A stretch of DNA of 64,000 nucleotides, taken from contig CAXXGI010000003.1 in the NCBI GenBank assembly GCA_963674695.2, positions 288,001 to 352,000 on the forward strand, read 5' to 3'. This DNA comes from a bacterium. Lineage in GTDB: Bacteria; UBA10199; 2-02-FULL-44-16; JAAZCA01. Of the stretch, positions 20,368-29,495 are shown piece by piece (position 1 is the stretch's first letter; every line of letters begins with the position of its first letter). The position numbers and the translations under genes were made by a program. The notes under the pieces were generated by a model. It made no database searches. It was given only the letters and a program-made list of their open reading frames with translations, and was not told where the DNA came from.

Positions 20368-20889
20368 ATGCGGTTTTTTCTACTCATGGCGGTCTATGGT
20401 CTTTTTGCGCTCGTCCTGGAGAGCACGGTGCTCTCGGGATGGCCGACGCAGATGCTGCGCTTCGATCTGCTCATCGTGGCGGTGGCGGCGCTGGCGTTCA
20501 ATCAGGAATGGCGGCGAGCTGTTCCGGTGCTCGTCTTCTATGGGTTTCTCTTCGACGTGGCATCGGGGACGCCGTTCGGCATGACGGTGCTGGCCTATCT
20601 GCTTGTCTACGGCGGCATCCGCTTGGTCATCGCCAAGATCTCCTTTCAAGGTGGCGTGGGCTTGCTCTTCTGGGTGGCGATCATCAGCCTGGTGCAGCAG
20701 CTGATTGCATCGGTGTCGCTGGCGGCCACGACGGGTTCGATAGCCACGTCGCACATCATTCTTCGACATGCACCGGCACAGGCGCTCATCGATGCCGTCG
20801 TCGGCATGGGGATGGTGCCGTTCCTGAAATGGTATGGGGATCTCTCCTGGGAGCGACTGACGCGCCCGAAGGGGTTGGTGCTGAAATAA
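20368..20889 (+). CDS. mreD: Rod shape-determining protein MreD
   Basis: Hydrophobic 173 aa, GFLFDVASG motif, operon position. Confidence 0.85.
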   Translation: MRFFLLMAVYGLFALVLESTVLSGWPTQMLRFDLLIVAVAALAFNQEWRRAVPVLVFYGFLFDVASGTPFGMTVLAYLLVYGGIRLVIAKISFQGGVGLLFWVAIISLVQQLIASVSLAATTGSIATSHIILRHAPAQALIDAVVGMGMVPFLKWYGDLSWERLTRPKGLVLK

Positions 20890-20892
20890 CTC

Positions 20893-21006
20893 GTGAGATC
20901 GCGAGATGGCTGGATGGTGAGATGGCTAAAAAGCACGATCGGAAACCTAAATTATTGTTCAGAGCTATCACGCTATTGAGCGATCTCACCATCTCACGAG
21001 TTTACG
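20893..21006. repeat. 8-mer array plus inverted array between mreD and mrdA
   Basis: GTGAGATC GCGAGATG GCTGGATG GTGAGATG ... TATCACGC TATTGAGC GATCTCAC CATCTCAC. Confidence 0.8.
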
Positions 21007-21012
21007 AGGATT

Positions 21013-22914
21013 ATGCGGCTTACACACGAATACACGCTCGATATCGAGCATCGGTTTAAGTATGCCTATGTGGCGGTGCTTGTGCTGCTGCTGGTGGTCA
21101 TGGCGCGCCTCTATTATCTGCAGGTCATTCGCGGCGAGTTCTATCACTTCTTCTCCACCGAAAACAGCATCAAGGCGATGCGCATTCCCGCCGTGCGCGG
21201 CATGATCTTCGATCGGCGTGGCCAGGTGATGGTCGACAACCGGCCTGCCTTCAACATCACGATCATTCCGCAGTATGTCGTCGAGCCGAAAAAGACGCTC
21301 GAATCCCTGCACAAGCTCCTGCTCATTCCGCTCGAAGAGCTCGAAGCCATCTGGGCAAAGCGGCATACGCAGCCGCGCTATCGACCGCTGGTCGTGAAGG
21401 CGGATGTCTCGCTCGGGGACGTGGGGCTCATTCGATCCCGAAAGAATCCATGGCCGCAGCCGGACGATACCTTTGAACTGCGCGGCGTCGAGGTGGATGT
21501 CACCTATCAGCGCACCTATCCCGAGGCCAACATCGCTACGCACGTGTTGGGCTATACGCGCGAGATCGATCAGAAGCGGCTGAAGCAGTATCAGGAGACC
21601 TATCCGGGACGCTATCGTCTGGGCGATGTGGTCGGCGTGCGGGGGATCGAGGAGCGATGGGATCTGGTGCTGCGCGGAACCGACGGGTATGAGGAGCGCA
21701 TCGTCAATGCCCGCGGTCGCGAGGTCGACTATGCCGGCATCTCCGACGAACTGGAACGCCGAGCGGCGGTTCCGGGGCAGAGCGTGAAGCTGACCCTCGA
21801 TCGCGACATGCAGGAGCTGGCGCGCGATCTCTTCGGCGATCGCAAGGGGGCGGCCGTCGTCGTCGATGTGCGCACCGGCGGGATCGTGACGATGTACAGC
21901 TCGCCCTCCTATGATCTCAATCGGCTGGCCGGCCCTGAGGGCGGGCGTTATTTCAACCAATTGGCGGTGCATCCCTCCAAGGCGCTGCTCAACCGCGCGA
22001 TCCAGGGAGGCTATCCGCCCGGCTCGACCTACAAAATCGTGACGGCCATCGGCGCTCTCTCGGAGGGAGTGGTCACGCCCGAAGAGAAGATCACCTGCCG
22101 CGGTGCCCTCGTTTTCGGAGGCCGACCGTTTCACTGTTGGCGCAAGGGCGGGCATGGTGCCATCAGCCTGCATCGGTCGATCGTCTCCTCCTGCGATGTC
22201 TACTATTACTTGATGGGGCTGCGCCTGGGCGTCGATCGTTTGGCGAAGTATGCGAACCTCTTCAATTTTGGAAGGCTCACCGGCGTGCCGCTGTCCGGCG
22301 AGCGTGCCGGACTCATCCCGACCTCCGCGTGGAAGGAAAAACGCTTCGGTGTACCGTGGCAGGAGGGGGAGACGCTCTCGATTTCGGTGGGACAGGGATA
22401 CGACGTCGTGACCCCGATCCAGAACGCCTATTTTGCGGCGCAGGTCGCCAACGGTGGGCGCAAGCTGAAGCTCCACTTTGTGGAGTCGGCCTTCGATGTG
22501 CAGGGACAGGAGACGAGTCGCATGCAGGACCCCGTCGAGACCGATCGGGTTCCCGTCGATCCGAAGATCATCGCCATGGTGCGCGAGGCGATGGTGGGTG
22601 TGGTTGCAGAGCCGGGCGGGACGGGCCATCGCCAGTCGGTGCGCCCCGTGACCATGGGCGGAAAGACCGGCACCGCGCAGGTGGTGAGCTTGGACACCGC
22701 GTGTCATGGCGATGAATGTCGCGACCACGCCTGGTTCATCGGTTTTTCACCGGCGGATGAGCCGAAGGTGGCCGCGGCGGTGGTCGTGGAGCACGGCGGA
22801 TTCGGTTCGGCGGCGGCGGCCCCCATCGTGGGGGCACTCTTCGAGAAGTATTACTTGATCGAGAAGGGGGAGGTAGCACCCGAGGGTGAAGAAGCCGATA
22901 CAGGGAAACGGTGA
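21013..22914 (+). CDS. mrdA: Penicillin-binding protein 2
   Basis: PGSTYK (SxxK), SCDVYYY, GKTGTAQ; RGMIFDRRG. Confidence 0.97.
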   Translation: MRLTHEYTLDIEHRFKYAYVAVLVLLLVVMARLYYLQVIRGEFYHFFSTENSIKAMRIPAVRGMIFDRRGQVMVDNRPAFNITIIPQYVVEPKKTLESLHKLLLIPLEELEAIWAKRHTQPRYRPLVVKADVSLGDVGLIRSRKNPWPQPDDTFELRGVEVDVTYQRTYPEANIATHVLGYTREIDQKRLKQYQETYPGRYRLGDVVGVRGIEERWDLVLRGTDGYEERIVNARGREVDYAGISDELERRAAVPGQSVKLTLDRDMQELARDLFGDRKGAAVVVDVRTGGIVTMYSSPSYDLNRLAGPEGGRYFNQLAVHPSKALLNRAIQGGYPPGSTYKIVTAIGALSEGVVTPEEKITCRGALVFGGRPFHCWRKGGHGAISLHRSIVSSCDVYYYLMGLRLGVDRLAKYANLFNFGRLTGVPLSGERAGLIPTSAWKEKRFGVPWQEGETLSISVGQGYDVVTPIQNAYFAAQVANGGRKLKLHFVESAFDVQGQETSRMQDPVETDRVPVDPKIIAMVREAMVGVVAEPGGTGHRQSVRPVTMGGKTGTAQVVSLDTACHGDECRDHAWFIGFSPADEPKVAAAVVVEHGGFGSAAAAPIVGALFEKYYLIEKGEVAPEGEEADTGKR

Positions 22915-23047
22915 CGAAGGGGTTACAAGGGCGCCTCCCGGGGAAATCATGTGCATCTTCACAGATGATGCTTGTTCCAGACGCACATGATTTCCCCTCG
23001 CGGCGCGAATGCTGTGTCGCCTTCGGATGGTATGCTCTTCGGTTGTA

Positions 23048-23086
23048 ACGAGACCACGAGACCACGATTTACGAGACCACGAATTT
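23048..23086. repeat. 8-mer array (ACGAGACC) abutting the rodA start
   Basis: ACGAGACC x2, ACGATTT, ACGAGACC, ACGAATTT, then ATG. Confidence 0.7.
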
Positions 23087-24187
23087 ATGACCAAAAAATA
23101 CACCGAAACATTTCACTGGCCGCTCTTTTGGGTGACGATGGCGCTCGTCGTCATCGGGCTGATCAATCTCTTCAGCGCGGTCTATTTTTGGGGTGCGGGC
23201 GGGGCGCTCTCGCTCTTCTGGTCGCAGCTGATCTGGACGGTCGTCGGCGTGGGGCTGATGCTCCTGGTCATGATGCTCGATTATCGGGTCTTCTCCCGGT
23301 TTGCGCTTCCCGCCTATGTCGTGGTTTGCCTCTTGCTGTTGCTGGCTTTTTTCATGGGCAAGGCGGTGCGGGGAACGCATGGATGGTTGCGCCTGGGTCC
23401 GGTGTCGTTGCAGCCGTCGGAGTTTGCCAAGATCGTCTACATCTTTGTCGCCGCGCGCTTTTTTGCCGACCGTCCGAATCTGGAGGGCTATTCGCTCTTC
23501 GGTCTCTGGCGCCCGATGCTGCTTATGCTCGTGCCGTTCGGACTGATCATCCTACAGGGCGATCTTGGGCAGTCGCTCTTCCTGCTCTTGATCTTCATCT
23601 CGATGGCGCTTTTTGCGAAGGTGCGTCGGCGTACGTTGATCATCTGCGCGCTCCTGGCGGTGGTGGGCGCGTCGACGGTCTACACCTATGGCCTCAAGGA
23701 ATATCAGCGGCAGCGCATTCTCACGTTCATGCATCCCGAGCAGGATGTGCGCGGCAGCGGCTATCACTTGATGCAGTCCAAGATCGCCGTCGGGTCGGGC
23801 CGGCTCCTCGGCACGGGATACCTGCGGGGAAATACCAACAAACTCGAATATCTGCCCGAGCGCCACACGGATTTTATCTTTCCGGTCTTTGCCGAGGAGT
23901 GGGGATTTTTGGGATCGTTGGTGGTGATGGGACTCTATGCCGCATTATTGATGATGGGCGTCGAGGTGGGGGCGAAGGCGCGCGATCGATTCGGCGCGTT
24001 CGCGGCCATCGGCATCGTGACGCTGCTCTTCTGGCACCTGGCGATCAACCTGGGCGGCGTGTTGGGTCTCATGCCGCTCACCGGTGTGACGCTGCCGCTC
24101 ATGAGCTATGGCGGATCGTCGATGATCGCGATCCTTGTCGCCATCGGTGTGCTCTTTTCCATTCATCGCCGACGGTTCATGTTTTGA
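23087..24187 (+). CDS. rodA: Peptidoglycan polymerase RodA
   Basis: QPSEFAK, QSKIAVGSG, LPERHTDFIF, PLMSYGGSS; follows mrdA. Confidence 0.96.
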   Translation: MTKKYTETFHWPLFWVTMALVVIGLINLFSAVYFWGAGGALSLFWSQLIWTVVGVGLMLLVMMLDYRVFSRFALPAYVVVCLLLLLAFFMGKAVRGTHGWLRLGPVSLQPSEFAKIVYIFVAARFFADRPNLEGYSLFGLWRPMLLMLVPFGLIILQGDLGQSLFLLLIFISMALFAKVRRRTLIICALLAVVGASTVYTYGLKEYQRQRILTFMHPEQDVRGSGYHLMQSKIAVGSGRLLGTGYLRGNTNKLEYLPERHTDFIFPVFAEEWGFLGSLVVMGLYAALLMMGVEVGAKARDRFGAFAAIGIVTLLFWHLAINLGGVLGLMPLTGVTLPLMSYGGSSMIAILVAIGVLFSIHRRRFMF

Positions 24188-24328
24188 TGTTGCGGCGCAG
24201 AAGCCTGGGCGCCTCCCGGGGAAGATCGGAATCATCGGTTCAAGCGTGGAGTGGCTCAAAACCCTTGCCATTTCAGGGGGGCTTCGTTACTGAAGGAGAC
24301 ATTCGTACTCTACAGAGAGGGAGGGGTG

Positions 24329-24655
24329 ATGGCCGCAAACGTCTTTGAAGTCAGCGATGCCAATTTTCAGCAGGAGGTTTTGGAATCGGCCGTTCCGGTG
24401 CTCGTCGATTTTTGGGCGTCCTGGTGCGGGCCGTGTCGGGCGCTTGCCCCCACGGTGGAAGCGGTTGCCTCCGAACATGGCGACACCCTCAAGGTGTGCA
24501 AGGTCGATGTCGATGGCAATCCGAACGTAGCGGGACAGTTTGGAATTCGCTCGATTCCGACGCTGTTGCTCTTCAGCGGGGGAGAGAATGTCGGTCAGCT
24601 CATCGGCAATGTTCCGAAGGGTGCCATCGAAGAACTCTTGAAAAAGGTGGGATAG
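24329..24655 (+). CDS. trxA: Thioredoxin
   Basis: DFWASWCGPC, IRSIPTLL. Confidence 0.96.
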   Translation: MAANVFEVSDANFQQEVLESAVPVLVDFWASWCGPCRALAPTVEAVASEHGDTLKVCKVDVDGNPNVAGQFGIRSIPTLLLFSGGENVGQLIGNVPKGAIEELLKKVG

Positions 24656-24915
24656 GTGATGGGGGTCCACGTCCATCGATGCCCGCTGCAGCCAGCTGTG
24701 GCGGGTTTCGTCTCTGCGCGCACGGTCCATAGAGACGGGAATTCGAGAAATATCCTTTGAAATTGGTGTGATAGACTGCCTGCTTGAAGTGTTGCTTGCC
24801 CAAGTGGTTTGATTTGTCTGAAAAACCAATTTTCTTGACTTTTTTTGGCCGATTCCCTATCTGGTGTCGCCCCGGGAAGTGGGGTGTAACCAGCGAAGAT
24901 TGCAGGGTTATCATC

Positions 24916-24989
24916 GGGCGTATGGCTCAGTTGGCTAGAGCACTACCTTGACATGGTAGGGGTCACAGGTTCGAGTCCTGTTACGCCCA
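24916..24989 (+). tRNA. tRNA-Val(GAC), CCA not encoded
   Basis: GGGCGTA/TACGCCC acceptor stem, CTACC-TTGACAT-GGTAG anticodon arm, GGTTCGAGTCC T-arm. Confidence 0.95.
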
Positions 24990-24999
24990 CAGAACGGCA

Positions 25000-25041
25000 G
25001 TTCAAAGTTCAACGTTGAAAGTTCAAAGTTTAACGTTCAAA
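25000..25041. repeat. 7-mer array (GTTCAAA-type x6) between tRNA-Val and thrS
   Basis: GTTCAAA GTTCAAC GTTGAAA GTTCAAA GTTTAAC GTTCAAA. Confidence 0.8.
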
Positions 25042-25116
25042 GGGACGGTCGCTCGATGATGTGATCGAGGGACGGGTTTATCTGTATGTGGACTCAGAAG
25101 AAAGTTGGATGCTGCG

Positions 25117-26856
25117 ATGACCGAGAAGGGTGATCAACAACTCATCGAGCTGGAGCGGCTTCGGCACTCGGCGGCGCATGTGATGGCCGACGCGGTCAAG
25201 CGTCTCTTTCCGTCCGTGCGCGTCGCGATCGGACCCGCCGTCGAAGATGGTTTCTACTACGACTTCGATTTCGAGCGTCCCTTCTCGACCGAGGATCTCG
25301 AAAAGATCGAAGCCGAGATGCGTTGCATCGTTGCGGCGAATCAACCTTTCGTGCGCGAGGAGATATCGCGTGCGGATGCCAAGAAACTCTTCGCGGATGA
25401 GCCGTACAAAATCGAACTCATCGACGAGCTGCCCGAGGATGAGGTGATCACCATCTATCGGCATGGCGAGTTTGTCGATCTCTGCCGCGGACCGCACATC
25501 GAGCAGACAGGGCAGATCGGGGCGTTCAAACTCTTGAAGGTTGCCGGGGCCTATTGGCGCGGCGATGAGACGAAGACGCAGTTGCAGCGCATCTATGGAA
25601 CGGCGTTTGCGACCGCCGCCGAGCTTGAAACCTATCTCACCCTGCGCGAGGAAGCGATCAAGCGCGACCATCGCCGCATCGGCCGCGATCTCGACCTCTT
25701 TTCCACGCAGGAGGACGTCGGCCCCGGCCTCATTCTCTGGCATCCGAAGGGCGGGCGCATTCGTCATGCCCTCGAGGATTTTTGGCGCAGCGAGCATACG
25801 CGCAACGGGTATGAGCTGCTCTTCACGCCGCATATCGCGCGCCTCGATCTCTGGAAGAAATCAGGTCACTGGGATTTTTATCGCGAGAATATGTACGCCC
25901 CGATGACGATCGACGAAGTGGAATACGAGCTGAAACCGATGAACTGCCCGTTCCACATCGCGATCTACAAGTCGGGGTTGCACAGCTATCGCGAGTTCCC
26001 CCTGCGCTGGGCGGAGCTGGGAACGGTCTATCGCTATGAGCGCTCGGGCGTTCTCCATGGCATGATGCGCGCGCGCGGATTTACGCAGGATGACGCGCAT
26101 ATCTTTTGTCGCCCCGATCAGTTGGCCGACGAGGTGCGCACGACCTTTGATTTTTCGCTGCATATTCTGCGCGCGTTTGGATTCTCTGAATTTGAGATCT
26201 ATCTTTCGACCAAGCCTGAAAAATATGTGGGCAGCGACCATGAATGGGATGAGGCGACCGCGGCTTTGCGCAGTGCATTGGATGCGTCGGGCCTGCCCTA
26301 TGAGGTCGATCCCGGCGAGGGCGTCTTCTACGGTCCCAAGATCGATATCAAGATCAAAGATTCGCTGGGGCGTATGTGGCAGTGTTCGACCATCCAGGTC
26401 GATTTCAATCTTCCCGAACGCTATGACCTCACCTTCGTGGGCAGCGACGGCGCTCGGCATCGGCCCATCATGATCCATCGCGCGCTGATGGGATCGCTCG
26501 AGCGGTTTTTCGGCGTGCTCGTCGAGCACTACGGTGGAGCGTTTCCGGCGTGGCTCGCTCCCGTGCAAGCGGTCATCCTTCCTATTGCGAAGGATCATAT
26601 CGCGTTTGCGGGCGAGGCAGCCGCAGCGCTGGCCGATCGCGGGGTGCGCGTGGAGTTAGACGATCGCAACGAGAAGTTGGGGCTCAAGATTCGCGAGGCC
26701 CAGCTGCAGAAAATACCCTATATGCTGGTTATCGGTGGCCGGGAAGTGGATGCCCGTGCCGTTGCGGTGCGTTCGCGTTCCGATGGGGATCTCGGATCGA
26801 TGCCGATCGGCGCATTCGTCGATCGCATTACAGCTGAGATAGAGCAACGGCGCTAG
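25117..26856 (+). CDS. thrS: Threonine--tRNA ligase (short form, no TGS domain)
   Basis: RHSAAH, DLCRGPH, KPMNCP, YRYERSG, IHRALMGSLERF. Confidence 0.98.
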   Translation: MTEKGDQQLIELERLRHSAAHVMADAVKRLFPSVRVAIGPAVEDGFYYDFDFERPFSTEDLEKIEAEMRCIVAANQPFVREEISRADAKKLFADEPYKIELIDELPEDEVITIYRHGEFVDLCRGPHIEQTGQIGAFKLLKVAGAYWRGDETKTQLQRIYGTAFATAAELETYLTLREEAIKRDHRRIGRDLDLFSTQEDVGPGLILWHPKGGRIRHALEDFWRSEHTRNGYELLFTPHIARLDLWKKSGHWDFYRENMYAPMTIDEVEYELKPMNCPFHIAIYKSGLHSYREFPLRWAELGTVYRYERSGVLHGMMRARGFTQDDAHIFCRPDQLADEVRTTFDFSLHILRAFGFSEFEIYLSTKPEKYVGSDHEWDEATAALRSALDASGLPYEVDPGEGVFYGPKIDIKIKDSLGRMWQCSTIQVDFNLPERYDLTFVGSDGARHRPIMIHRALMGSLERFFGVLVEHYGGAFPAWLAPVQAVILPIAKDHIAFAGEAAAALADRGVRVELDDRNEKLGLKIREAQLQKIPYMLVIGGREVDARAVAVRSRSDGDLGSMPIGAFVDRITAEIEQRR

Positions 26857-26915
26857 AGAGCGCATCAGGGTGACGCGCACGGGGGGATCCCGTGCCCGAA
26901 AAAGGAGGTGGCCTT

Positions 26916-27593
26916 ATTCGACGGAAAAAGCCCATGGATATGCGACGAAATCGCGGCAAGGATGATTTGCGCACCAACCGCCGCATTCGAATTCCCGAAG
27001 TTCGGTTGATCGATGAGAACAACGAGCAGCTCGGGGTCTTTATCACGCGTGAGGCGCTGCGCCGCGCCGAGGAGTCTGGTCTCGATCTCGTTGAGATCTC
27101 TCCGCAGGCACGGCCGCCGGTCTGTAAGATCATGGACTACGGGAAATACAAATACGAGCAGAGCAAGAAACAGCATGAGCAGCGCATGCGCCAGGCCATC
27201 GTGGCGACCAAAGAGATCAAGATGCGCCCCGCCACCGATGATCATGATTTTGAGGTGAAGGTGCGTCATGCGAAAGAGTTTCTCGACGATGGCTATAAGG
27301 TGAAATTTTCGATTCGTTTTCGTGGTCGCGAGATGGCGCACATCGATCTCGGACATGAGCGGATGAAGCGCGCTGCCGAAGAGATCAAGGCGTTGGGAGA
27401 GGTCGAGTATTATCCAAAAATGGAAGGGCGACAGATGTTCATGATCGTCGCTCCGTTCAAACGCAGGACGAAAGCGGATAAACAGCACGTAAAAGCGGAT
27501 GAGAAGAAGGTTTCGAATAAGTCGAAAAAGGTCGAAAAGACTGATGATAAGGCGACTGACGATAAGGCGACCGACGTAAATCCGTCGGAATGA
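26916..27593 (+). CDS. infC: Translation initiation factor IF-3, probable ATT start
   Basis: EVRLID, LDLVEISP..PPVCKIMDYGK, FRGRE; in-frame ATT 5 nt after AAAGGAGGTG. Confidence 0.95.
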   Translation: MRRKKPMDMRRNRGKDDLRTNRRIRIPEVRLIDENNEQLGVFITREALRRAEESGLDLVEISPQARPPVCKIMDYGKYKYEQSKKQHEQRMRQAIVATKEIKMRPATDDHDFEVKVRHAKEFLDDGYKVKFSIRFRGREMAHIDLGHERMKRAAEEIKALGEVEYYPKMEGRQMFMIVAPFKRRTKADKQHVKADEKKVSNKSKKVEKTDDKATDDKATDVNPSE

Positions 27594-27631
27594 ATTGCGC
27601 CGGTTGCCTCGAGAGAGGAAGGTGAATTGCG

Positions 27632-27829
27632 ATGCCGAAGATGAAGACTAGCCGTGGAGCGGCAAAACGTTTCCGCGCGACAAAGAGTGGGAAGATCAAA
27701 CGCAAGCGGTCGAAGCTGCGTCACATCCTGAGCAGCAAGACCACGAAGCAAAAGCGACGTCTGCGCTCGAAGGCCTATGTGTCCAAGGCTGATGAGAAGC
27801 AGGTGTGCCGGCTCCTCTGTATTGGATGA
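27632..27829 (+). CDS. rpmI: 50S ribosomal protein L35
   Basis: MPKMKT..GAAKRF, HIL; infC-rplT context. Confidence 0.97.
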   Translation: MPKMKTSRGAAKRFRATKSGKIKRKRSKLRHILSSKTTKQKRRLRSKAYVSKADEKQVCRLLCIG

Positions 27830-27911
27830 GGAACGGCGATCGTCGCCGTCGGCTTTAAGCCACATCGAGCGGAAATCAGACAGCTAAGCAGATGCTGTCG
27901 GGAGGGAAGTT

Positions 27912-28262
27912 ATGCCAAGAGCAAAAAGAGGATTTAAAGCGCGTCGTCGGCGCAACCGGGTACTCAAGCAGGCCAAGGGATTTCATGCTGGTCGTGGAAA
28001 TCTCATCCGGGGCGCGATGGAGGCGGTCGACAACGCCCTGTTGCAGGCCTACATCGGTCGCAAGCTGAAGAAGCGCGATTATCGTGCATTGTGGCAGACG
28101 CGTATCTCCGCTGCGGCAAAGCAGCACGGTACGAGTTACAGCCGTCTGATGGGTGCGCTGAAGGTGAAGGAGGCTGGCCTTGATCGCAAGGTGCTCTCCG
28201 AGATCGCCATCCATCATCCGGAAGACTTCAAGACGATCGTCGAGTGGGCAACCGCTTCCTGA
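27912..28262 (+). CDS. rplT: 50S ribosomal protein L20
   Basis: MPRAKRG, RKLKKRDYRALW..RISAA, LDRKVLSEIA. Confidence 0.97.
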   Translation: MPRAKRGFKARRRRNRVLKQAKGFHAGRGNLIRGAMEAVDNALLQAYIGRKLKKRDYRALWQTRISAAAKQHGTSYSRLMGALKVKEAGLDRKVLSEIAIHHPEDFKTIVEWATAS

Positions 28263-28344
28263 ACGCCTGCTCTCCTGTCGGCGACATCCGTCGTGATGGT
28301 GCCAGGGTCGTTCATGAAAGAGTCCGGAAGGGGGATGGACGGCG

Positions 28345-29373
28345 GTGAAAGATCGTCTGCTCAAACAGGTCGAAGAGCTGCAAGTGCAAGCCCGTCAGGA
28401 ACTGAATTCCATCACCGATGCGGGCGGCGCGGAGAGTTGCCGCGTGCGCTATCTTGGCCGCAAGGGGCTGGTCACGGCGGTGCTCAAGTCCATGGGCCAG
28501 GTTGCGCCTGAAGATCGCCCTGCGGTCGGGCAGGCGGTCAATGAGCTCAAGGACTGGATCGAGGACGCGCTCAAAGGTCTCTCCGGCGGTCTCAAACAGA
28601 AACAGCTCGATGCGCGCATCGCCTCAGGTCGCGTCGATATCACCCTCGCCGGTCGGCATGTTCCACGCGGGCATGCCCATCCCCTCAAGCAGGTCATGCG
28701 TGAGATCGTCGCGATCTTCGCCGGAATGGGTTTTTCGGTTCACACCGGACCTGAGATCGAAACCGACTACTATAACTTCGAGGCCCTCAACGTTCCGGCC
28801 GATCATCCTGCCCGCGATATGCAGGATACCTTCTATATCGATGGCGGGTTTCTGCTGCGCACGCACACCTCTCCCGTTCAAATTCACGTCATGGAAAATC
28901 AGCGTCCGCCGATCTTCGGGATCTTCCCGGGCGCGGTCTACCGTCGCGACAACGACGTTTCGCATTCGCCGATGTTCCATCAGGTCGAGGGACTCATGGT
29001 CGATGAACAGATCACCATGGGCGATCTCAAGGGCGTGCTTTCCACCTTTTTGCATCAGGTTTTTGGGGGAAGTATCGGTGTTCGGTTTCGGCCGAGCTAC
29101 TTTCCCTTTACCGAGCCCTCTGCCGAGGTGGATATCGCGTGCGTCATCTGCGGGGGCAAGGGGTGTCGGGTCTGCAAACAGAGTGGATGGCTCGAAATTC
29201 TCGGGTGTGGCATGGTGGACCCGGAGGTCTTCAAGGCGGTGCGCATCGATCCCAAGCGCTACAGCGGATTCGCTTTCGGGATGGGTGTGGAACGCATCGC
29301 GATGCTCAAGTATATGGTGAATGACATCCGGCTCTTTTTTGAAAACGATATGCGGTTTTTGGAACAATTTTAA
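28345..29373 (+). CDS. pheS: Phenylalanine--tRNA ligase alpha subunit
   Basis: HPARDMQDTFY, LRTHTSPVQ, FPFTEPS, GFAFGMGVER. Confidence 0.99.
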   Translation: MKDRLLKQVEELQVQARQELNSITDAGGAESCRVRYLGRKGLVTAVLKSMGQVAPEDRPAVGQAVNELKDWIEDALKGLSGGLKQKQLDARIASGRVDITLAGRHVPRGHAHPLKQVMREIVAIFAGMGFSVHTGPEIETDYYNFEALNVPADHPARDMQDTFYIDGGFLLRTHTSPVQIHVMENQRPPIFGIFPGAVYRRDNDVSHSPMFHQVEGLMVDEQITMGDLKGVLSTFLHQVFGGSIGVRFRPSYFPFTEPSAEVDIACVICGGKGCRVCKQSGWLEILGCGMVDPEVFKAVRIDPKRYSGFAFGMGVERIAMLKYMVNDIRLFFENDMRFLEQF

Positions 29374-29488
29374 CGGTGAACGGTGAACGGTGAACGGTGA
29401 ACGGTGAACGGTGAACGGTGAACGGTGAATTCTGTGGTGTAGCACGATTTTGCTCACGGTTCACGGTTCACAGTTTACCGTTCACGAA
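29372..29488. repeat. Perfect (AACGGTG)x8 plus degenerate inverted array between pheS and pheT
   Basis: 29372-29427 eight units; 29454-29488 TCACGGT TCACGGT TCACAGT TTACCGT TCACGAA. Confidence 0.93.
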
Positions 29489-29495
29489 TGATTCT

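Noticed and set aside
27544-27576. 15-nt duplication in the infC tail (DDKAT x2)
   Set aside because: An ordinary low-complexity C-terminal extension.
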